Shown one piece after another: positions 9,089 through 19,332 of a DNA stretch of 20,000 bases. Every line of letters begins with the position of its first letter. Position 1 is the first letter of the stretch. Below the pieces are notes generated by a model that saw nothing but the letters and a program-made list of their open reading frames with translations, ran no database searches and was not told the DNA's origin. Source of the DNA: Thelocarpon superellum. Lineage: Eukaryota. The position numbers were made by a program, and so were the translations under genes. Location of the stretch: assembly GCA_026025795.1 (NCBI GenBank), contig JAPEUG010000055.1:44764-64763 (forward strand), read 5' to 3'.

Positions 9089-9833
9089 CAAGGCCCACGA
9101 CAGCACTCTTTCTTCTCGACTGTGCTGTGGGAGGCGAGGGAGAGGATCGGAGGAGACGAGGAAGATGTCCCGGCACGATCTGGCTGGGGCGGAGACCTGG
9201 CATTTATACCTGCGCCTCCGTCTACGAGTCTACTACGTTGATGCCTTCGTGCTCCTTGTGGCAGCGGCGATGGTATCGTGGGAAGATGCGGTGGAGGAGC
9301 GAACATCACGAGCGGGACGCATCGGGCAGGAATGACGGCGGCTACGGAGGGGGGCTGCATCAACCGTGTAGGTAACCGCCCGCTTCTCACGGCCCTCAGC
9401 AGTCGTGAGGCACCGAAGAGGCAGGGACGACCGGGCTGACGAAGACGATGGCTACTTTTGGGCGGATTCGTCAGAGATCGCCTTCCGAGGGCCAGTCTCA
9501 CGGCAGAGACCCAGGCATGGTACGCTGACGAGCGGAAAGGAGAAGGGACGACGACTCCCTTCGCATCGGATGCGTGGCATGCCGGAGAGGATGGGGGAGG
9601 CACGGCGCCACGAACGACTCTACGGCAATGACGAGGAAGGGATAGAGGTGACCGGAGAGGTGTCGGATGGTGTTCAATTGAATGAGAGCGAGAAATGGCT
9701 ACGACCATGGCATGTTCATGATCCCGTTACATGGCAGCGCCCCGTCGTGTCCGACATGACCCAGCCCACCCACGCAGTGGTATCCGTGAGCCTGCCCCCG
9801 CCCGTAAACGCCGACCCAGTGCTGTGTCCCCCT

Positions 9834-12800
9834 CTAGACGCACGTCCATTCGGCAAAGACACACCAGCGAGCACTGCGATCCGCCAGCACCAGACCCCGC
9901 CAGACCCCCCGCTCGCCGCACTTGATGATCGTCTCCCACACCCCGCCATCACCCGCCTCGCTGCCGCCCGGCCCGCTGGTGGAGATGGTGTGATCGTTCT
10001 TCCGCATCAGCCGCAGGATCTTGCCCGAGGGCGCCTGCACCGCCAGCTTGGCCGGCTTGGCCTGCGATGCCCCGTCGCTCGAGGGACCGCCGCCCGCGGC
10101 CGACGAGCTGGCCAGCGACATGGCCGAGCTGGGCCGGGGAAAGGGGATGGGCGAGGTCGAGCGCACGTCCGGCGAGACGTTGCGGGGCGCAGACGGGTGC
10201 TGGCGCACGGCAAAGACAAAGGTGTTGTTGACGGCGAGGCGTGCACATTGCGGCTGTGCCACGTAGAGGTCGTGTCGTTGCGCGTGCGGCGTTGGGTGGC
10301 GCGTCAGGAAGTCGTAGGCCGGGTTCTGCCCGTGGTGGACGATGGGCACCGCAAAGGCCAGCGGATGAGGATTGTCCTTGATCGAATGCTAGTGGCCGGT
10401 GAGCATGCCATCCTCGCTCTCCCCGCAGCCCGGGCGCAGGGTGGGGTGACTCACCATCAACCCCCTCTTCCCCGCATACACCTTGAGCACCCCCTGGCCC
10501 TCGTCCCCGGGCAAGAGCGCCTTGACCGTATACCGCTTCTGCCCGCCGATCCACTCGGCCTGGGCCAGCGCCCGCTTGCGCACCACGTCGCCGCTCTCGA
10601 ACAGATCCCCGTCCGCGTCGCGCTCAAAGGCGCGGGCCTCGACCTCGGCGACACACTCGACGTCGTGGGGGACCACGACCTGGAGCTGCACCTGTTCCAG
10701 CTCCTCCGTCCACAGCAGGCTGGTGTCGTAGTCGCGCATCTGGAGGCGATGCCGGAAGAAGGGCGCGCAGGCGCAGGGAAGGGCCATCAGGATGGCCTGG
10801 TGCACCGGCGGACACAGATGCTGCTGCGCCGCCGTCATGGGGACGTGCGTGTAACAGGCCTCGAGCGGACGGGTCAGGAACCACCAGGCCTCGGCCGTCT
10901 GGGAATGCGAGCTCGAGTACTGGCTGCGGCGTGGATGTGTCGGGCTGGCCAAGGAGCAGTCCATGATGCGCCACTCGCCATCGGCCATCACCGCGTTCCA
11001 CCAGTGATCCGGCCGCGGCACTGTCTCGCGCTCCATCGTCTCGCCGGGGGCCTTGAGGTGGCCGCGCACAACCTCGGCGTGCATGCCCATGGCCTGACAC
11101 ATCTCCAGCACGAGCACCGCCACCTCCTCGGCACATCCGCGCTTGAGCTGGATCACCCGACGCGAGTCGACCTCGCCCTCAAAGTCCTCCTCCCACGAGA
11201 TCTTCTCGCTGACCCAGATGAAGATGGCCCGCAGGCGCTGCACGTCGCTCCGGTACGGGCGACAGAGGTAGCCTTGCGCCAGGCTGATGGGGTTGGTCAT
11301 GGGCGGGATGTTGTTGACGAAGCGCGCGCTCTTGTCCACCAGCGTCAGATTCACGGCCTGGAAGTTGGTCGGGCCCTCGACCGGCCGACCGTCGACGCCC
11401 TCGTCGCCGTGCGTCGAGTGGCGCAGCTCGTCGACCGGCCGAAGACACGGCCGGTCCAACATCTGGCACCGTTCCTGCCGCTCCACCCGCTCGTTCCGAC
11501 TGAGCGAGTTCGACCGGTTGACGTCACGCCGGACCTGGACCCAATCGATGGCCGTGCCGCCGCCATTGGCCTCGGCCTCCGTCGCCGCCATCCCTCCCGC
11601 GATGGCCGTCACTCCGTGGGGCAAACCGCTCGCCGTCGGGGCGAGGGACGTGGCGGCGTGCCCGGGCGCGATACTGCTCCGGGCGCTGGCGGCGCTCGTC
11701 TTGGCCGTGTCCATGATCTTCTTGAAAAAACCACTCTTCTTCGGGCGCGGCGCCATCAGGCCCCCGAGCGGACCCTGAGCGCTCGTCCCGCTCGCCGGCC
11801 CACCAGCCTGCGATCCGTCGGGCGTCGACGTGTCGTAGCCCGAGTGAAAGGTGACGCCGGTGAGGGGCGTTTCGGGTCGGCCCGTGCCGGAGGCGGAGAG
11901 CGGGCCCACCGCACTGCCCGCCGTCGTCTCCATCACGCTCATGGGCCGGGAGCGGAGGGTACCAAAGGCGCCACGTCGGCGCGCCAAGCTTCCCGCACTG
12001 GTGGCACTGCAGCCGCCGGCGCTGGCGGCACTCACCCCGCCGGCCGACTGTCCGCTCATGACGCTGCGGCTGGTCAGCTGCGTGCTGCCGCTGTGGGCGG
12101 TGCTCGTGCTCTGTACTCCCGACGACGAGTTCGTCGCGGTGGATCGAGTGGTGAAGGTGCGGCCCAGCATCTGACGCCCGAGCTCGTAGGCCGACTTCCG
12201 GTTCTTCAAGCGTTTGCTAGTATCGGGAGCGTCGGTGGTCGGCTGAGTCTGCGCCAGCGAGGACACGGGCCGCCCGTCAAAGGAGGCACGCTTGGGCGGG
12301 ACAGCGGGGGGTGGGCCAAAGTCGGGCGAGCCCTCCTTGGAAGGAAGGAAGAGCTCATCGGGCGCTCGCCGGCCGGATTGCTGCTGCATTCCTTGCAAGC
12401 GGCGCTCCATGCGGTGCACGTAGTTGTCCGGCTGCAGTGGGCCGCGATCGTCGCCGTACGCAAACTCAAGCTCGTCCTCCTCGTCGTGATCGTGCGCGCC
12501 GCCGAACCCCAGGGAGGTCACGGGTCGAGCGGGACGACGGGCGAACGTCTTGGACAGCTGCTGATCGAAGGCTTCGGGCGACCAGGGATTGAGCGGCGAG
12601 CGGTTGCGCGACGGCGGCGAGGGGGGGTGCACGCTCATGTCTTTGAGAGACGACATGACATCCTCCATGGCATCGCGGAGGGGCGATGGCGTGGTGCGCG
12701 AGAGATTGGGCGAGCGCGGCACGGCGGACGTCGGGCGCGATGGCGTGTAGCCATTTGTGTAATGCTCGTCATACGGCACGGATGGTGACGGCGCTCGCGA

Positions 12801-13539
12801 TGCATCGTACGGGATCCGGTGCGGCGGAGGCGCAGGTGGCGGCGAGGAGCCCGCGTCTTGATAGGGCTGCGGGGACGGTCCACGCGAGGCATGATGACGG
12901 TCCCACGAGGGGGTTGGTGACGGTCCCCGTGATGGGTATTCCCCATGATCGGGCAGGCGGGAGTGGGACCCGGCCGGCTGGTTGAGCGGGTCCAGGGGAT
13001 TCGGAAAAGAGGCGCGCGAGCTCTCCCTCGTCATGGGCTGGGGACTTCGCGAGCCGGTGCGAGTGTAGGCAGCGAACGGCTTTCGGAACGACTTGCCTGG
13101 GGCTCGCTGCGGCATCATCGAGGCCGCCGACGCTCCGTTGACCTGGTGCGACCCGTTTGCGGGGTGGGCATCCATAGCATTGGCGGGAGCGCTTGGCGCT
13201 GGGCTCACTCCACGGCTGCTGTCGGGACGATAGCTCTCCTCGAGTACCCGGACGAAGTTGGATGGAAAGAGACCCATCATCCGCCGATCCCGCTTCAGCC
13301 GACCCATCCACCATGAGCCATCGCCGGCATTGAGGCATTCGATCAGGTCGCCCTCGATGAACCCGAGGTCCCGTTTGGTCTACTCCACCCCGTGACTATT
13401 AGCAAGGTGCTCGGGCATGATTGCCGTCACGCACGACGGGGCCGGCGGATAGATCGAGGCTCACCTCTCCGCCCCAGGAGTACACGGCTCGACACCAGCA
13501 GGGGAACCGAATCGGCAGTTCCGCCGCCACGGGTGCCAT
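9834..13539 (-). CDS. CYK3: Cytokinesis protein Cyk3 (N-terminal SH3 plus transglutaminase-like domain)
   Basis: Exons 13539-13465, 13379-10455 and 10388-9834; introns 13464-13380 (GTGAGC...GCTAAT...TAG) and 10454-10389 (GTGAGT...GCTCAC...TAG). SH3: FPCWCRAVYSWGGE|TKRDLGFIEGDLIECLNAGDGSWWMGR...GLFPSNFV. TGc-like region: QRLRAIFIWV...HWWNAV...WRIMDCSLA. C-terminus: WRGLVLADRSARWCVFAEWTCV. Confidence 0.92.
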
Positions 13540-14221
13540 GGTGGGCGGCAGCAACTCCGTCGGCAAGGCAATCGTCGAGGGAAGGGGCGATCGTGTCGCA
13601 GCTCGAGCGGCGGTCAGTGGTGGTGGTGATGAAAATTCGACATGGAGCAGATGGGCCAGCAATGGCGTGTCGTCGGCGGTGGGTGGGCAATGGCCCAAAC
13701 AACACGCTCGCACCCGGCCAGATTGCAAGCCGAGGGTCAGAGTGAGCGCTAGGAGCAAGAGTGACCTGTCGCAATTGAGATCCACATTGAGCTGGCCAGG
13801 TCGGAGCGGAATGATGCATGGAGGGGAGGTGTCACGATGGCTGATCCTTCAAGCGAACGCTGATTGGCTGCGGCGCCGGTGTTTGTTGTGGTCCCGGAGT
13901 TCGCCATCCTTCCATTACTTGGGTCGCGTCGATCATGGCGCTACGCCCAACGCGATTAGCCCCGTCACCCTCACATCCTGGCATCCTTGTGGTACGGCCG
14001 ATTAGCTAAGCGATTTCGCTGGCACTCGGAGTTCCAGTGCGAGTGCTCGTACGCGAGCCCCCCGTCCGCCCCAACTTCGGCAGCTCAGCCAGAGCGTACC
14101 AGGACAGTGGGTCGGCAGGTTATCCGCCGTGCAGCTATGCAGCGGAAGTGTGGACTTTCCCTCTTGGCTCCGTGGCCGTATGTACAAGTACACCATAGTT
14201 CATGCACACCAAGACCGCGAC

Positions 14222-14242
14222 GGCCAATGGCCAATGGCCAAT
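14222..14242. repeat. (GGCCAAT)x3 tandem CCAAT array
   Basis: ggccaat ggccaat ggccaat followed by a degenerate ggctgat, between the OXA1 stop and the CYK3 start. Confidence 0.8.
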
Positions 14243-14331
14243 GGCTGATGGCGGATGATTCAACCCCATAAGCACCACGCAATGTCCCTGGGAACCACCA
14301 TACCATGATCGAGGGGTGGAAGATGTCAGGT

Positions 14332-15886
14332 TCACCGCGGCTCCTGATGCGCCTGTGCTGCCTTCCGCTGCGCCCAACGCTCTCGCTTAGCCTCGGCCTC
14401 GGCCCACTGCTGCTGCGCGATCTCCTTCTTCCGTCGTGCGTCGTACGTCTTGGCCTGTTCCAGTTCCTGCTTGGACCGTTTCCGGCTTCCGTCCGCCGTC
14501 GAGCCCGTGTACTTCTCGACCGTCTTCTTCATCTCGTTGCTCATCCCACGAAATTCCTTCACCGCGCCGTCGACCACACCCTTGACGCGTCCCGGCGGCT
14601 TGACGGCCTTCACCGGTACCATCGTGCTCGGTGCGGGACGTGTCGGCGCCACGGGCGCCTGGTATCGGTCGGCCAGGGTCATCGTCCCCGCGTATCGCGG
14701 CGCCGACGGAGCGCTCCCCCCAGCGGCGGATGCCGCGGACGGGCGTGGGAGAGGCGCGATCCCAGCCCAGGCGCGGAAGGACGGGGTGCGGAACAGGGTG
14801 GACTGGCCGAACGAGAGCAAGCTCGTGATGAAGAACCACAGCTGAAGCGCGCCAGGCATGGCGGACATGAAGATGAAGGTGATGGCGGGGAGGATGTAGA
14901 CCAGGAGCGCCTGGAACCGCTGCGTCTCGGGCGAGACAACCATGGCGCCTGTCTCGCCGCCCAGGCGCAAGACGACGTAGAGAAAGCCGGCGGTGGCGGT
15001 GGGGAGGAGGTAAAGGGGATCCGACACCGTCAGGTTGTGCAGCCACAACATGCCGCCGTCGCTCAAGCCCGGCACCGGCAACGTCGCCATGCCCCGCAGC
15101 AGCCGGAACGCGCCGTATCCCAGGGGAATCTGGATGAAGGGGCCGAAGACGGCCACGGTCCGGATCCCCGCCCGTTTCTTGATCTGTTGCAGTTCCTGTC
15201 GCGCCCGGAGGACGCCGGCCGTATCGCTCGCGCGCGAGCACTCGCTCATCCGGTCCGTGATGGGTTTCGTCACGTGCGTGATGGCGGCCGAACGGGCACT
15301 GGCGTCGGCCGCGCCCAGGAAGAGCCGGAATAAGGCGGCACGAAAGAGCAAGGCGGTCAGGGTGATGGAGACCCACCAGGGCGTGCCGGCATAGACATGC
15401 ACGTGCTCCAGCACCCATTCCATCAGCGCCGTGGGACCCCAGCCATAGTCCAGCCCAAGCTCCTTGAGAAAGCCAATTCGTTCCGTGACCGACGACATGT
15501 CCATCGTCGTCAGGTCAGTCGCCGCGTCGAGAGAGGAGGTCGGAATAGCGGCGATCGGGGGAGGCGTCGGGGCTGGGGGACTGGGCATGCTCGAGTTGAA
15601 TCGGATCGATCGTGCCAAAGCCCCCCCGATCCATGACGGAGGACTTGAGATTCTCCATGATGGCTTTGTGTGGGCGAAGATGCACGGTGGGGGATATACG
15701 CGCGAGCTCGAGGGAGCCGGGATTGTTTGGGATCCAGAAAACTGACATGCAGCGTCAGTGGACATGTCATCGCTGATCATAGCAATCGAAGCTCACCGGT
15801 CGGGTTGATATGGGAGGCCGCGGTACCCTGAGAGATCGGGGGCCCGGCGAGGGGGCACAACATCTCAATGACCGGCCGCGGAACAT
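14332..15886 (-). CDS. OXA1: Mitochondrial inner membrane insertase Oxa1 (YidC/Oxa1/Alb3 family)
   Basis: Exon 15886-15797 encodes an Arg-rich presequence, MFRGRSLR... (in-frame ATGs at 15892 and 15904 are alternative starts). Exon 2 is 15741-14332; intron 15796-15742 (GTGAGC...CTGAC...CAG). Motifs: IGFLKELGLDYGWGPT, HVYAGTPWWVSI, QIPLGYGAFRLLRGM, GGMLWLHNLTVSDPLYLLP, and a basic C-terminal tail. Confidence 0.92.
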
Positions 15887-16505
15887 GCTCATGCTTATGG
15901 GCATATGAGAGCACGCAGAGCGACGGGAGGTCGTCAGGGCGAGAGTTCGATAGTTACCCGTGCATCGTGAGTTGGAGCGCTTACATAATCCGTCTCTACA
16001 GCTTCCTCGCCGTTCACTGCAACACCGGCAAGAGCACATACTCGTACTACGGTAGGGTGGAAGGAGTTGGTATCTAACAATTACGAGTACCCCCATACTC
16101 CGCGCCACGCTTGACAGCCACGACCTCTACAAGGTGTATATGCTGGGCGAGATCGCGTCACTGCCCACGCGCAATGTACTAGGCATCCAGCGGGCAGCGT
16201 TTGATTTGGTACGCCGTCTGCGCATCTAGACAATCTTTCTGGTGGCTCGCATGTTGGACGCCCCACACAACGTCTTGGCCGTCCCTGCTTCGACGGCGCT
16301 CCGGCGGCGGAAGCGGTGAGAGATATGTACAATACTTATGCTGGCTACCGGCACACCCTCTACGCATGCCCGCATCTATCAAGCATCATGCCGCACCAAT
16401 GGTCAGCCCCCGGGTTGATCCTCCGAGCTTTATCTGAACGTACAACCGGTCGGATGTGGCCCGGGTGACCCTACACGCTAATTGCCCGATCCATGACACC
16501 GCTCA

Positions 16506-17007
16506 TCATTCCAGACTCGTAAGGTGTTCGAGTTCGCGATCTTCCCGCCGTCGTCGTTCCATCGGATCGTCGCGCACGGCGATGCCTGGGCCCACCGCTC
16601 TTGCGTTCCGATGTTGAGGGAACACCTGTGGTCCCACGCCGTCAGTGAGTGACTCACCATATCAAGCACGTTGTGCGAAGTAGGGCGCCCAAGGCGAGGA
16701 GGAGGAAGAGGAGTGAGGATGACGGTACCTTGGTGCCTCCCCAGCCTAACCGGAAGGCCGCTTCGTGGGCGAAGAGCTCGCCAAAGCCCAGCATGAGCCC
16801 ATTGATAAAGGGAAGGAGCACGTTGATGGCGGCGCCACGGAGAAGGCCCCAGAGGGTTGGCGGAGAGTAGAGGATCATTGGTGGGGCGGACGACGAGGGA
16901 GGGGATGGCGACGCTTCGCGGTGGGCTGAGTACGACTCGCTGTCCGAGGGAAGGGTCATGGTGGAGTCGGCGAGGGTATGCCGGCCATCACTTGTCCGAT
17001 TGGCCAT
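16506..17007 (-). CDS. MIM1: Mitochondrial outer membrane import protein Mim1 (Tom13)
   Basis: Exons 17007-16729 and 16625-16506; intron 16728-16626 (GTACCG...CTGAC...CAG). Signature LYSPPTLWGLLRGAAINVLLPFINGLMLGFGELFAHEAAFRLGWGGTK|VFP; the protein ends ...EHLTSLE*. Confidence 0.92.
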
Positions 17008-17509
17008 CTTGAACCGACCTGGAGGTGTGGCCCAACCCGAGTAAATTGATGGAGACACGAGAGGCGGTACTTGCGGCGAAGGGAACAGTGATGGTCCTGC
17101 CTAGGACCGGCTGTCTGGCAGCGACCCGGCAGAGGTCCAGACGGGCAATCCTTGCCGGAGAATGTCCCGACGCTGGATCGTGTAAAATTACCCGAGAGCT
17201 CCCCATGATGCATAAGCCAGGTCCAGTCCGGACGAAGACCAAGTGGGAGAGCTCCAGACCGTTGACTACCCTCCAGTACTTTCTCCTTCAGTCGATCCAG
17301 CTCGAGTTCATAGGCGAGCCTGAGCCCTGCTCCTCTCGTGATTGTTGGACGAGACCCACGACGTCTGCTAGTCCCACCATCGACTCTTGAGGTGCCCCCG
17401 CCGCCTCGTTATCGGCTTCTCACTCCCACTCGTCGGCCGCTCTCACCAGCGAGGAGGGGGAAACCGCCACCACCTCCGCCGTCAGCCTTGTTCCTCGTCG
17501 CAGGCCACT

Positions 17510-18915
17510 ATGGCTACTCCGGCATCGCAGGAAGAGCGTGATGCCATGATCGACCAGTTTTGCAGAGTCACGTCGGCCCCGCCACATGAGGTGCGTCGGA
17601 GGCATCTGCTCACCCTGCGCTAAAGCTTGCTCACTCGGGCGCCCAGGCCGAGCTACACCTCTCCACTAGTCACTGGGACCTGTCGAGCGCCGTCACCGAA
17701 TACTACACGTCGCTCGAGGACAGCGGCGCCGAGGCACTCGAGGACGATGCCATGACGGATGACGCCGGGGACCCCCTCAGCGCCTCCGGCGCCCAGCTGC
17801 ACGGGCGGACCCTGGGCGGACCCGCCGCACCGGTACCCGTCTCCTCCACCGCCGCGACCCGACCCGCCTCGTCCGCCCCGCCCAAAGCTCCGCCCAGCAA
17901 CAAGAAATTTGCCACCTTACGGGACCTGAACCAGGACCAAGGCCACTCGCATGGACACGGACACGGCCACGGTGATGATGAAGAGGAGGACGATGCTCAG
18001 CGTGATCTCTTTGCGGGCGGCGAGAAGTCGGCCTTGGCGGTCCAGAACCCCAGCGACCCGCGCAACCAGGTCAAGGAGATCCTAGACAAGGCTCGCAAGT
18101 ATCTCATCACTCTACCCGACGATGCTCCGGGAGACGAGCTAATGCGCGGCAGAAACTTGCCACGACCGGGTGGAGAGGAATCGTCAACCTCGACCTCTCG
18201 ATTCCGCGGCGCAGGTCAGACGCTCGGAGGCGATGACACGCCGAGCCAAGTCATCCCAGATCCACACGCCCAAGCCCCGCGGCCACGTGCCCCGGTGACG
18301 CGGACTTTGCACTTTTGGCGGGATGGCTTCTCGGTGGAGGATGGGACGCTCTATCGCTTCGACGATCCTGCCAACAATGCCGTGCTGAGCCTTATCCGAT
18401 CTGGCCGTGCACCATTGGACATTATGGAAGTCGAACCGGACCAACTGGTGGATGTGACGGTGCACCAGCACGAGGAAAATTACGTGCAGCCCAAGAAGAA
18501 GTACAAGCCCTTCGGTAGCGGCGGACAGCGACTGGGTAGTCCTACTCCTGGCGCCGACGTAAGCAGTGGCCATACCGTCGCCACCACCGCCATTGCTCCC
18601 AGCGACCCTGCATCTTCAAGCAGCTCCTCGTCGAACCCGGTCGCGGCCACGGGCGTGGTCGTGGACGAGTCCCAGCCCACGATCAACCTCCAGATCCGCC
18701 TCGCGGATGGTACGCGACAGGCCTCAAGATTCAACACGACGCACACCATCGGCGACGTGTACGCCTACATTGAGGCCAGCATGGCCAGCGCAGCCGGACG
18801 GCCGTGGGTGCTCATGACCACCTTCCCAAGCAAAGAGCTGACCGATCGACACATTGCACTGGGCGACTTGGCAGAGCTCAAACGCGGGGGCGTCGTGGTG
18901 CAGAAGTGGGCCTGA
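17510..18915 (+). CDS. SHP1: UBX domain Cdc48/p97 cofactor Shp1/Ubx1 (p47): UBA-like, SEP and UBX domains
   Basis: Exons 17510-17590, 17647-18098 and 18153-18915; introns 17591-17646 (GTGCGT...CAG) and 18099-18152 (GTATCT...GCTAAT...CAG). Motifs: LFAGGEKSALAVQNP, FRGAGQTLG, SEP (LHFWRDGFSVEDG.LYRFDDP...GRAP), PFGSGGQRLGS, UBX (QIRLADG...RFNTTHTIGDVY...TTFPSKEL). Confidence 0.95.
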
Positions 18916-19332
18916 GATAAGATGCATCCGTTGGAGGGATCAAACCGTGGCAGATCTCTCAAGACATCATGAAAAGAAATGAGATGCACGGGAGTCGCGT
19001 TACGATTCCACTCAGATTGGCACGACGATGATGGCCCTCATTCTTATCCTCATCCACGTCGTCATTTCACATGATGGAATGTCAGGGTCAGTCGGCGTGG
19101 TATGATTTGATAATTACATAAATCCGGCCCAGGGAACTGTCATCTCTGTGACGGTGGTGCTCGTATCATGTACAAGATGGAAAGGAAAGAGTGAGCGTGA
19201 ATAGAAACATGACACCCCCTGATATCACGCCGCCGTCAGGTCGCCGATAACAAGGGAAGGGGAGACAGAGAGAAGGAGAGCCGTCAAGCTCATTTGTCTC
19301 GCGAGATCAGACCAGAAACGAGAGCGGGCTGC

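Noticed and set aside
8712..9708. Short ORFs overlapping the tandem repeat (8712-9011, 8764-9084, 8918-9241, 8881-9708)
   Set aside because: The two copies are 199 nt apart (not a multiple of 3) and differ by frame-breaking indels while preserving base pairing. This indicates RNA-level rather than protein-level constraint.
9405..12788. 1127-aa + strand ORF antisense to CYK3
   Set aside because: It is in exact codon register with CYK3 (10455-9405 is divisible by 3, and the crossed intron is 66 nt). Antisense stops need TTA, CTA or TCA sense codons, which are rare in GC3-rich genes. The translation is Arg/Gly/His-rich with no recognisable domain and starts at GTG. It is a shadow ORF.
14305..15333. 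342-aa + strand ORF antisense to OXA1, and similar shadow ORFs over MET12 and QTRT2
   Set aside because: Explained by GC-rich codon bias of the real gene on the opposite strand; no motifs.
16626..16657. Internal GTGAGT donor within the MIM1 intron
   Set aside because: It would define an intron of only about 32 nt with the donor about 10 nt from the branch point, probably too short to splice. It would also shift the frame of the conserved VFP exon.
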